Shown here: piece by piece, positions 1 to 8,897 of the stretch | Numbering within the stretch: position 1 is the first letter of the stretch | How the letters are laid out: each line of letters opens with the position of its first letter | NCBI GenBank assembly: GCA_965212055.1 | Contig: OZ243041.1 | Span: 320,001 to 384,000 of the forward strand | Direction of reading: 5' to 3' | From: Fidelibacterota bacterium | Lineage (GTDB): Bacteria; Fidelibacterota; Marinisomatia; Marinisomatales; Marinisomataceae | Length of the DNA stretch: 64,000 nt | Notes under the pieces: model-generated | The model's input: the letters and a program-made list of their open reading frames with translations, nothing else | Told to the model about the DNA's origin: nothing | The model's database searches: none | Made by a program: the position numbers and the translations under genes

Positions 1-38
1 TCAAAAGATTTTATGATAGGGATATCTAATCTAGAAAA

Positions 39-47
39 TGTTATACT
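39..47 (+). promoter_or_regulatory. Putative extended -10 element (TG-n-TATACT) 7 nt upstream of the ATG at 55
   Basis: TG at 39-40, TATACT at 42-47, no Shine-Dalgarno before the ATG. Confidence 0.4.
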
Positions 48-54
48 TGGTTAA

Positions 55-771
55 ATGAAGCTTATTAAAGAAATCGGAATTTTCATCGCTACTGGTCTGT
101 TGTTAGTAGCATTATTTAATTATTTACTAATGCCACTTTATATTAATGAGCAGAATACTGTTTTGACGCCTAATCTAGGAGGTTTAGATATTAATGAAGC
201 AAAATCTATAACTAAATCAGAAGGCGTAGAAATTGTGATTGCTGATACAATTTTTACTAATGATATCAATCCAAATATTGTACTTGAACAGTACCCAGCA
301 GCTGGAAAAGAAGTAAAGTCAGGTAGAGAAATTAAACTCAAAATTACGCATCTAAACAAAAAAGTATTGGTGCCTGATTTGCTAGGAAAAACTCTAAGAG
401 CTTCAGAGATAGAATTAAACCAACTTGGCATAGAAGTTGATTCAGTTTATTATTCTTTTAATCCGAATTATCCAAAGGGAATTATTTCATGGCAATCTCC
501 TACAGCTTTAGATAGTATTAGAAAAGGCTTTGGAATGAGATTAGAAGTGAGTAGAGGATTAGCACCAAACGATTTTGTGGCAGTACCAAATTTAATTGGT
601 TTATTTTATAGCGAAGGTCTAGAAAAAATAGAAAATTCAAACTTAAAAGAAGGATCCATTAAGTTTGTTGATTACAAAAAGTCAGTACCAAATATTATTT
701 TGAATCAGAATCCAAAAGAAGGTACAAAAGTTTCTCAAAATAGTAGAATTAACTTAATTATTAGCAAATAA
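55..771 (+). CDS. PASTA-domain membrane protein (single N-terminal TM helix plus three PASTA repeats)
   Basis: Hydrophobic N-terminal helix followed by repeats such as VPDLLGKTLRASEIEL, VPNLIGLFYSE and ILNQNPKEG, typical of PASTA domains. Confidence 0.85.
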   Translation: MKLIKEIGIFIATGLLLVALFNYLLMPLYINEQNTVLTPNLGGLDINEAKSITKSEGVEIVIADTIFTNDINPNIVLEQYPAAGKEVKSGREIKLKITHLNKKVLVPDLLGKTLRASEIELNQLGIEVDSVYYSFNPNYPKGIISWQSPTALDSIRKGFGMRLEVSRGLAPNDFVAVPNLIGLFYSEGLEKIENSNLKEGSIKFVDYKKSVPNIILNQNPKEGTKVSQNSRINLIISK

Positions 772-1856
772 TGATGTCTTTTGATCATGTAGAAATTCTT
801 TGGTGTTTAATCTTTATTTTAGTTCCAATCTATCTACTAAAGAATAATCTTATATCTAAGTCTTATTTCTATATTCAATTCATATCAATTATATTTCTTT
901 GTTTATTTCTAGCAGAACCTCATATAAACGAATCTTCGGAATCATTTGATGAGTCATCTTTTTTATATGATTTAGATTTCAATGATTATGATATAATGAA
1001 TGCTGATTCCCTAGCTTATCAGTTAAAAATTGATATAAAAAATCCAAAAGTTGATAATATTAATATGTTAATATCTAATGGTTCTACCATTTATGAGACG
1101 TTAAATATTATTAATATTGATTCTACTCAGATTATTAACGGATCTTTACCTTTAAATAACAGTGACAGCCTCTTTCAAATTTCGTTTTTACATGGAAACA
1201 ATGTCATTACAAATCTTTATCATTCAATTCCTGAGAAAAAGAATATCAAAATTGGATCATTTTTTCCAAACCAAAGCATTTTAGAGAACCATTCTTTTTT
1301 ATTTAACAAAGATTTTATTACCAATGAAAATTTTATATACGATGAATTCCAAAAATACAATTTCCAAGATAAAGAAATTATTATTTTAAATGATATTGAT
1401 AATTTGTCAAACCAGTCAGTAGTAGACTTACAGAAATTTCTGTTGAATAATGGATTTATAATAGTTTTCCTCAGTCCTAGTTTTGGGAATAATAAGGATT
1501 TAATATATAGTTTAGATTATCCGGATATAAAAGCGGTCAGAGGGTCATCACGAAATCAATTTTTTACAATTGAGGATGTTGATTTTGTTAATAAAGATTT
1601 TTTAGCGATTGATGAGATATTTACTAAGTCAAAAATTTATCGGTATGTTCAGTTAGAGAATGATGAGAATTTGTTTTCCAAGATTTCTTTTTCTACAGAT
1701 GATCCATTATTATTAGAAAAAGAAGTTTTAAATGGAAAAATATTTTTTATAACAACAAAAATAAATTCAGATTGGTCAAATGCAGATTTTAAATCGGTTT
1801 TATCAGATATTCTTGATAGAATATTATTTCAAAAAATGATTTCAAATGCATTCTAG
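771..1856 (+). CDS. Hypothetical membrane protein with BatA-like N-terminal double TM segment and a C-terminal alpha/beta (GATase-like) region
   Basis: MSFDHVEILWCLIFILVPI...FLCLFLAEP resembles the BatA N-terminus; IIILNDIDNLS...LQKFLLNNGFIIVF resembles the C-terminal domain of BatA/vWA-associated proteins; no vWA MIDAS motif seen. Confidence 0.5.
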   Translation: MMSFDHVEILWCLIFILVPIYLLKNNLISKSYFYIQFISIIFLCLFLAEPHINESSESFDESSFLYDLDFNDYDIMNADSLAYQLKIDIKNPKVDNINMLISNGSTIYETLNIINIDSTQIINGSLPLNNSDSLFQISFLHGNNVITNLYHSIPEKKNIKIGSFFPNQSILENHSFLFNKDFITNENFIYDEFQKYNFQDKEIIILNDIDNLSNQSVVDLQKFLLNNGFIIVFLSPSFGNNKDLIYSLDYPDIKAVRGSSRNQFFTIEDVDFVNKDFLAIDEIFTKSKIYRYVQLENDENLFSKISFSTDDPLLLEKEVLNGKIFFITTKINSDWSNADFKSVLSDILDRILFQKMISNAF

Positions 1857-2931
1857 AAAAGCAAAAGCTTTATTAGTAGCTCCAAGAATTTGGAATCGTA
1901 ACAAAAACTATAATCATAGCATAGAAGAATTATCTTTATTAGTAAATACGCTTGGATTAGATGTTTCTGGAACCATTAAGCAGAATCTAAAAAATATTAA
2001 TTCATCTTATTTTGTTGGATCTGGTAAGGCAAAACAAATTGTAGAACAAGCAAAAGCCTTAAAGATAGATTATATAATATTCGATGAAGATTTAACTCCT
2101 GTACAGATAAAGAATTTTCAGAAATTAAATAAAAACTTAAAGTTCATAGATAGAAGCGGGGTGATTTTAGAAATATTTTATAATAATGCGAAATCTAAAG
2201 AATCTAAGACTCAAGTTGAGTTGGCCAGATTGCAATACCAACTTCCAAGGCTAACAAGGATGTGGACGCACCTTGAAAGACAAATGGGTGGATTTGGTAC
2301 AAGGGCAGGTGCTGGAGAAACACAGATTGAGGTAGATAGAAGAATTTTAAGAAAGAGAATATCTCTTCTTAAGAAGAGGTTAAAACGTATTGATTCTGAA
2401 CGAGAAGTTCAAAGTAAGAAAAGAAAGAATTTTTTCCGAACTTCTTTAGTAGGGTATACCAATGTTGGTAAATCATCTTTGATGAAATCTTTGACTAAAA
2501 GTGATGTTGTAATCAAGAATCAATTGTTTGCTACCTTAGATACAACTGTAAGACGTCTTTTTATTGGTGAATCAAATTATATTTTATTAAGCGATACAGT
2601 TGGTTTTATTAGGAATCTTCCTAATAATTTGATAGCAAGTTTTAAATCTACTCTGCAAGAGGTAGTGGATTCAAATTTATTGCTAATTATTTTGGATGCC
2701 AATTCAAGCGATTTATACAATGAAATTGATACAATACAGAGCGTATTAACCGAAATTAGAGCAGAAAAAATCCCTTATCAGTATGTATTTAATAAAATTG
2801 ACCTTGTTGATGAAGATAAAATAAAGTATTTAAAAAATTCTTTTCCCGAATCTATTATGGTTTCTGCAACCAGATCTTTACAATTATCAGATATCAAAGC
2901 GACAATTAAAGAACATTATAAAAAATTCTAA
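1846..2931 (+). CDS. hflX: Ribosome-splitting GTPase HflX
   Basis: QVELARLQYQLPRL, GAGETQIEVDRR, G1 GYTNVGKSS, LFATLD, DTVGF, NKID. Confidence 0.97.
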   Translation: MHSRKAKALLVAPRIWNRNKNYNHSIEELSLLVNTLGLDVSGTIKQNLKNINSSYFVGSGKAKQIVEQAKALKIDYIIFDEDLTPVQIKNFQKLNKNLKFIDRSGVILEIFYNNAKSKESKTQVELARLQYQLPRLTRMWTHLERQMGGFGTRAGAGETQIEVDRRILRKRISLLKKRLKRIDSEREVQSKKRKNFFRTSLVGYTNVGKSSLMKSLTKSDVVIKNQLFATLDTTVRRLFIGESNYILLSDTVGFIRNLPNNLIASFKSTLQEVVDSNLLLIILDANSSDLYNEIDTIQSVLTEIRAEKIPYQYVFNKIDLVDEDKIKYLKNSFPESIMVSATRSLQLSDIKATIKEHYKKF

Positions 2932-2943
2932 ATACTATTTAAT

Positions 2944-3180
2944 TTATAATAAGTAAGCACATTGTTGTGCATATCTTTCTATTGCCGAAGAAGGAATATT
3001 ATCCTCTGGTGTATAGCCAGCGCTTATTATTTTCTTTAGAGTACATTTACAGTAAGCTTCAGATACATAACCTCCACTGCTGCATATATCTACGTAATAA
3101 TCTTTTTGAGCGCTTGACCATCCACCACCACCACAAGATATTACAGAACCTAGTGCTAGTGTTATAATTATTTTTCTCAT
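2944..3180 (-). CDS. Small cysteine-rich lipoprotein of unknown function
   Basis: MRKIIITLALGSVISC signal peptide with lipobox-like Cys, Gly4 linker, four further Cys (C...CxC...C); ATG at 3180 preferred over TTG at 3186. Confidence 0.7.
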   Translation of the reverse strand: MRKIIITLALGSVISCGGGGWSSAQKDYYVDICSSGGYVSEAYCKCTLKKIISAGYTPEDNIPSSAIERYAQQCAYLL

Positions 3181-3214
3181 ACCCAAGTTTAATTCATTAA
3201 TTTGTTAGTAGTGA

Positions 3215-4483
3215 TTATTTTTTTAATTCTAAAGAATCCATTGCACAAGCAATTGTAGCATCGCCTGTAACATTCGTTGTGGTACGTATCATATCTAGAA
3301 TTCTATCGACACCTAATATTAATGCTATTCCTTGACTCGGAACATTAATTGCTTCCAAAATAATAACTAACATAATAATGCCCGCTCCAGGAACAGCAGC
3401 AGTACCGATTGATGCTAATACAGCAGTTGCTACGATGGTAAATTGATGTGCAGGTGTAAGATCCATTCCAACGGCTTGAGCAATAAATACAGCAGCTACT
3501 CCTTGATATAATGCAGTTCCATCCATATTAATTGTAGCACCTAATGGTAGTACAAAAGATGATATCTCTTTTGAAACTCCAAGATCTTTTTCACAACGTT
3601 TCATTGTTACTGGCAAAGTTGCTCCACTTGAACTTGTTGAAAATGCTACCAATTGTACTGGACCAATAGATTTAAAGAAGTGTTTGAGGCTTACATTGGT
3701 AAAAAGCTTAAGGATAGAAATGTAAGTGATTCCCATGTGAATAAATAATCCAACGATTACAACACCCATGTAAAATAATAGGGCAGATAAAATACCCCCT
3801 ATTTGAGACATATTACCAGAAACAGAACTAATAGTGCTGGCCATTAATGCGAATACCCCATAAGGAGCAAAATACATTATCATTTCTACTAGTTTTATAA
3901 TTAATTGGTTGATTCCTTTGAGAAATTCCAAAACAGGTTTTGAAAATTTCCGATCAATTCCAATTAATGCAATACCAAAAATGATTGATATAAATACTAC
4001 TTGAAGCATATTGCTATTATTAGATGCAGCAGAAAAGATATTGCTTGGAACCATATCTACTAATGGTTGTAATGGTCCGCTATTTTCTTGAACAGAATCA
4101 GCTTCATTTTGTTTACTAGTTACTTGGTCTCCATATTCATTTCTTAAAGTTTCTTGATAAGTTTCTGGTATGGCAGATCCAGGTTCAAGAACATTGACCA
4201 AGATTAATCCAATACTTACTGCAACTGCTGTAGTAGTAACATATAACAAGATTGTTTTTAATCCAATACGAGACAATTTTCTAGTGTCTGATAGTGAAGC
4301 AACCCCTGTAATTAGAGAAGAGATTACTAGTGGTACTGCAATTAATTTTAAGAGATTTAAAAAGATTTTTCCAAACGGAGATATAAAATTTGATGTGAAT
4401 TCTGACCATCCATTAAAGGCACTTGCTATTCCATAAGCTGTGCCAAGAAGTAGTCCTATTATTATTTTCCAGTGTAATTGCAT
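3215..4483 (-). CDS. Dicarboxylate/amino acid:cation symporter (DAACS, GltP-like)
   Basis: AFSTSSSGATLP, LPLGATINMDGTALY, DRILDMIRTTTNVTGD motifs. Confidence 0.95.
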   Translation of the reverse strand: MQLHWKIIIGLLLGTAYGIASAFNGWSEFTSNFISPFGKIFLNLLKLIAVPLVISSLITGVASLSDTRKLSRIGLKTILLYVTTTAVAVSIGLILVNVLEPGSAIPETYQETLRNEYGDQVTSKQNEADSVQENSGPLQPLVDMVPSNIFSAASNNSNMLQVVFISIIFGIALIGIDRKFSKPVLEFLKGINQLIIKLVEMIMYFAPYGVFALMASTISSVSGNMSQIGGILSALLFYMGVVIVGLFIHMGITYISILKLFTNVSLKHFFKSIGPVQLVAFSTSSSGATLPVTMKRCEKDLGVSKEISSFVLPLGATINMDGTALYQGVAAVFIAQAVGMDLTPAHQFTIVATAVLASIGTAAVPGAGIIMLVIILEAINVPSQGIALILGVDRILDMIRTTTNVTGDATIACAMDSLELKK

Positions 4484-4523
4484 TAATTAAGAATAATATA
4501 TGTATTATGATTAAATTATTTCA

Positions 4524-5936
4524 ATGATTTATTATCTTGTCATTGGAATTTATTTAATCGGTTTGCTTCTGATTGGTTTTAGCAAATCAGATTCAATCAA
4601 AAATCAAGAAGATTTTTCTGTAGCAGGGAGATCTTTATCTACTTGGGTTCTTGTTGGTACCATGGCCGCAACATGGATGGGGACAGGGTCTGTTCTTGGA
4701 AATGCAGGAAAAACCTTTGAAATAGGTGCATCTGGGTTTTTGTTACCTATAGGTGGTATGTTAGGTGTATTAGTACTAACAAAGATAGCTGGCAAAGCAA
4801 GAGCTTCTGAAAAACTAACCGTTCCAGAAATTATTGGTTCGAGATTTGGTGATATAGCAATGATACTATCTGTTGTTGCACTCCTTGCTGCTTATCTAGT
4901 GATTGTTAGCTATCAGTTTAATGCTGGTGGTGCAGTAATTCATACTATATTTCATGATAATTTGGGTAGTGGACTGACTTTGAATCAAGCAACCATAATA
5001 GCAGCACTATTTATTGTTGCATATACTGTTTTAGCTGGGTTATTAAGCGTTGCATATACAGATGTTGCAAATGGCATACTGATGATCACTTGTTTTATTA
5101 TCGCACTCCCAATTCTTTTCTTCCAGGCGGGAGGGTTTGATGGTATGTATATTAATTTTCAAAATAAGGGCATGATAAATGTACCTAGTGAAGGCAATAA
5201 TATGTCTTTGTTTGGTGTACTTTCATTTCGAGATGTTATAAACTTTACCCTACCATCTTTTTTATTAATCCTTGGTGATGCGAATATGTATCAACGATTC
5301 TTTGCTAGTGAATCAGTGCAGTCCGTAAAAAAAGCAACCTATCTATTATTTTTTGCGATTGTTATTTTGGAGTCTTTGATTGTTGCAAATGCATGGATTA
5401 GTTCTAGTATGATTACTGAGATAGAAAAAGAATCCCATGTATTAATTTATGCAGCTTATAATTTTTTACCACCATTTATTGGAGCGTTAATGCTTGCAAC
5501 AATAATAGGTATTATTATTTCTACAGCTGATTCATTTTTGCTTGTTCCAACAACCATTTTAATTAATGATATTTATCTAAAATATTCAAATCGTAAATAT
5601 TCTGATAAAACCATTGTGCTTTTAAGTAGGATGTTGGTTCTATTATTGGGATTCTTTTCATATTGGGTTTCAAGAATGTTTGCTGCTGATACAACTATCT
5701 TTGAAAAAGCGCTTTATGCATTTACTATTTATGGTACAGCAATCACTCCTACATTATTAGCAGCATTCTTTTGGGACAAAGCAACGAAGTATGGAGCTAT
5801 ATGTTCAATTTTATCAGGAATAGTTGCAACAGTCTATTTTGGAAATCAGTGGAGTCTTGATGAAGCTGTTATTCCAGCTTTAGCTATTTCTGCTTCTGCA
5901 TTGGTATTAGTAAGTCTTTTATCAAGTAATGATTAA
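4524..5936 (+). CDS. Sodium:solute symporter (SSS, PutP-like)
   Basis: DFSVAGRSL, GLLSVAYTDV, IISTADSFLL, WDKATKYGA motifs; many TM helices. Confidence 0.92.
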   Translation: MIYYLVIGIYLIGLLLIGFSKSDSIKNQEDFSVAGRSLSTWVLVGTMAATWMGTGSVLGNAGKTFEIGASGFLLPIGGMLGVLVLTKIAGKARASEKLTVPEIIGSRFGDIAMILSVVALLAAYLVIVSYQFNAGGAVIHTIFHDNLGSGLTLNQATIIAALFIVAYTVLAGLLSVAYTDVANGILMITCFIIALPILFFQAGGFDGMYINFQNKGMINVPSEGNNMSLFGVLSFRDVINFTLPSFLLILGDANMYQRFFASESVQSVKKATYLLFFAIVILESLIVANAWISSSMITEIEKESHVLIYAAYNFLPPFIGALMLATIIGIIISTADSFLLVPTTILINDIYLKYSNRKYSDKTIVLLSRMLVLLLGFFSYWVSRMFAADTTIFEKALYAFTIYGTAITPTLLAAFFWDKATKYGAICSILSGIVATVYFGNQWSLDEAVIPALAISASALVLVSLLSSND

Positions 5937-6538
5937 ATTGTAATTTCAAGTGGAGGATTATGAACAGATGAAGATACTCCATCATCTCTAAATGATCTTC
6001 TATAGTATTCAAATGGCTTCCCAGTTCCTTGCCAATTTTTTACTTGATTGATAATAGAAATATTATCATCAAATCTATTCGTAATACCTATACGGACGTG
6101 TCCAGTCATATATCTAATATTTTCTCTTTTTTCTGCCCAACTGACATAAACACGTTTTAACATTCTTGCGAAACCATTTGATTTATATTTTGCCATAAAA
6201 ACAAAAGCGTAGGTATAAAGTGTATTATATTTACCAAAATTTTCATCATTCACAGCCCAGCTTTCTTCACGTAATTCTTCCAAAGGAATTCCAATAATAT
6301 ATCCAATAATTTCATTTTGATATCTTGCTATAAATGGCAATGATTTTTTTCCATCAAAGTATTTTCCAATAGTATTTTTTGTTAAAACAGCTTGTCTTCC
6401 ATATTCTTTTGCAAGGCGTAAAGAGATACTAACTAATGGGGGATAATCTTCTTTTCCGAGTTCCTCAACAAATTCGATTTGGAAAACATTTGTTGAAGCA
6501 ATAATCTTTGTTTGTGACTTTTCTAAATTGTTCTCCAT
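5933..6538 (-). CDS. Hypothetical protein, probable GNAT-fold acetyltransferase
   Basis: FIARYQNEIIGYIIG strand pair and motif-A-like YTYAFVFMAKYKSNGFARML. Confidence 0.55.
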   Translation of the reverse strand: MENNLEKSQTKIIASTNVFQIEFVEELGKEDYPPLVSISLRLAKEYGRQAVLTKNTIGKYFDGKKSLPFIARYQNEIIGYIIGIPLEELREESWAVNDENFGKYNTLYTYAFVFMAKYKSNGFARMLKRVYVSWAEKRENIRYMTGHVRIGITNRFDDNISIINQVKNWQGTGKPFEYYRRSFRDDGVSSSVHNPPLEITI

Positions 6539-6615
6539 TTAGGGGAAAATTAAAAATATTTAAATCTACTATGAAGCCATTTGTTTCATCATGTTAATTG
6601 AACTAAATTTCGCTG

Positions 6616-7395
6616 ATGGTATCCTTTATAGATAAACTAAAAAATTCAATTAAAACAAAAGAATCTAATTTATGTGTCGGAATTGATATTGATAAAAAAC
6701 AGTTTGCTTCCAATGTTACTTTAGAAGAATTAAAAGATTATTCATTTACAGTTGTTGATGCTACGAGAGATTTTGCTGCTGCGTATAAACCTAATCTAGC
6801 TTTTTTTGAAGAATGGGGATCGAAAGGTTTTGTTTGGTTAGAAGAATTAATAAAAGAAATTGGAAATCAGCATATTATTATAGCAGATGCAAAAAGAGGA
6901 GATATTGGTAATTCCGCCGCACATTATGCAAATGCTTTTTTTAAACATTTTGATTGTGATGCTATTACCGTGAATCCTTATATGGGAGAAGAAACAATAA
7001 AGCCATTTTCTATAGACTCTTCAAGAGGAGTTTATGTTTTATGTGTAACCTCAAATTCATCTGCAGAATATATACAAAATGATACTTTTAAAAATGTAAT
7101 CAATTTGACAAATGATATGAATGAGAATAAAAATATTGGTTTAGTTGTTGGTGCTACCGATATGCACAAAATGAAAGAAGTACGATCATTAAGCAATTTA
7201 CCTTTTTTGATTCCAGGTATTGGTGCACAAGGAGGAGATTTAGAGAATACAGTTAATATTAACAAAGAATTTATAGATTCAACTTTGGTAAATGTCTCAC
7301 GATCTATAATTTTTGCTGATAACAAAGATTCTAACAGTATTTATAATGCTGCAAAAGAATTTTCAGGACAAATGAGAAAATATTGTGAACGATAA
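6616..7395 (+). CDS. pyrF: Orotidine-5'-phosphate decarboxylase
   Basis: LCVGID, YKPNLAFF, DAKRGDIGNS, LIPGIGAQGG, VSRSI. Confidence 0.96.
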   Translation: MVSFIDKLKNSIKTKESNLCVGIDIDKKQFASNVTLEELKDYSFTVVDATRDFAAAYKPNLAFFEEWGSKGFVWLEELIKEIGNQHIIIADAKRGDIGNSAAHYANAFFKHFDCDAITVNPYMGEETIKPFSIDSSRGVYVLCVTSNSSAEYIQNDTFKNVINLTNDMNENKNIGLVVGATDMHKMKEVRSLSNLPFLIPGIGAQGGDLENTVNINKEFIDSTLVNVSRSIIFADNKDSNSIYNAAKEFSGQMRKYCER

Positions 7396-7963
7396 AGATT
7401 TTACTGAGATTTTTGAGAAAACAAATGCATTAATGTATGGTCATTTCATACTATCTTCTGGGCTCAGAAGTGATGCATATTTTCAATGCGCTAAAGTATT
7501 ACAATATCCAGAATATTTAACGATGTTTGGAGAAATATTGTCCAATCATTTTAAGTCATATTCAGTTGACAAAGTTATTTCACCTGCATTAGGCGGTATT
7601 GTTCTTGGGACCGAAGTTGGTAGACAATTAGGCGTAAAAACAATTTTTTGTGAAAGAATTGATCAAAATATGAAACTCAGAAGAGGATTTACCATTAAAG
7701 AAGGTGAAAAGATTTTAATTATTGAGGATGTTCTAAGTACAGGAGGATCTCTAAAAGAGGTTATGAAATTAGTCAATCATCACAGAGGAACTATTTGTGG
7801 GATAGGAATAATTGTTGATAGAAGTTCATCAAAAATAGATTTACATGAAGAATTCTTTTCAGTGACCAAACAAGTTGCAAATATCTTCTCTCCAGAAGAT
7901 ATTCCAGATTCTCTTAAAAATATTCCACCCACAAAGCCTGGAAGCAAAAATATAGATGTATAA
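7385..7963 (+). CDS. pyrE: Orotate phosphoribosyltransferase
   Basis: GHFILSSG, PRPP-binding IIEDVLSTGGS; overlaps pyrF. Confidence 0.95.
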   Translation: MNDKDFTEIFEKTNALMYGHFILSSGLRSDAYFQCAKVLQYPEYLTMFGEILSNHFKSYSVDKVISPALGGIVLGTEVGRQLGVKTIFCERIDQNMKLRRGFTIKEGEKILIIEDVLSTGGSLKEVMKLVNHHRGTICGIGIIVDRSSSKIDLHEEFFSVTKQVANIFSPEDIPDSLKNIPPTKPGSKNIDV

Positions 7964-8897
7964 AAATTTGAAAATAGGTCTTGCTCTTGGTGGAGGTGGA
8001 GCAAGAGGCGCATGTCATATTGGTATATTAAAATCTTTAGAAGAACATAATATATTTCCTGATATTATTTCTGGAACAAGTGCAGGTTCAATGATTGGTG
8101 CAATGTATGCCTGTCATGGGAATGCAAAAACGGTTGAAAAAAAATATATAGAACACATTAATAGCACAGATTTTAAAGATTTAGGTTTTAGATATATATC
8201 CAATGATGAAAAAGATGAATCAGTCTTTTCACAAGTAATGAAACAAATAAAAAATCAGTATGTTTTAATGGTTAGTTCAACACGAAGATCAATTATTAAG
8301 AATGAAAGACTCTCAAAGGCAACAAAAAACCTGATTTCATGCACAACATTTGATGAATTAAATATACCATTAATTATAACTGCTACTGATCTTCTATCAG
8401 GAAAACCGATTGTTTATAAATCTGGTAGTATCGTAGATGCGGTTGTTCAGAGCTCATCTATCCCTGGTTTTATAGAGCCGACATATCAGAATGATAGAAT
8501 GTTGGTTGATGGAGGAGTGGTATTGCCAACTCCTGTAAGTCCATTATTAAATAAGTGTGATTTTATTATTGCAATTAATATTAGTAAAAAGTTTAAAACC
8601 AATCAAAAGCTTGAGAATATTGTTGAGATTATGTCAAGAGTAAGAGATCTTTCAGTCCGTCATTTAAATGAGTACCTATTAAATCAAGCTGATTTTGTAT
8701 TTCACCCAGATCATGATAGCCTTCATTGGTCTGCATTTGATCGTACAGATGATTTTATTAAAAATGGACACGATTGCGCTAAAAAAGAAATCGAAAATTT
8801 AATTCATACACTTGATTCTTTCGGCACAGTTGATATAGAGATTCCTGAAGAAACTTTTTGGACAAAGATTAAGAAGAAGTTATTTTCCCAAAACTGA
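7956..8897 (+). CDS. Patatin-like phospholipase
   Basis: LALGGGGARG, GTSAG nucleophile motif, DGG. Confidence 0.93.
   Translation: MYKNLKIGLALGGGGARGACHIGILKSLEEHNIFPDIISGTSAGSMIGAMYACHGNAKTVEKKYIEHINSTDFKDLGFRYISNDEKDESVFSQVMKQIKNQYVLMVSSTRRSIIKNERLSKATKNLISCTTFDELNIPLIITATDLLSGKPIVYKSGSIVDAVVQSSSIPGFIEPTYQNDRMLVDGGVVLPTPVSPLLNKCDFIIAINISKKFKTNQKLENIVEIMSRVRDLSVRHLNEYLLNQADFVFHPDHDSLHWSAFDRTDDFIKNGHDCAKKEIENLIHTLDSFGTVDIEIPEETFWTKIKKKLFSQN

Noticed and set aside
1..54. Open frame SKDFMIGISNLENVILG* ending just before the PASTA gene
   Set aside because: Only 17 codons at the window edge; cannot be distinguished from chance or assigned a product
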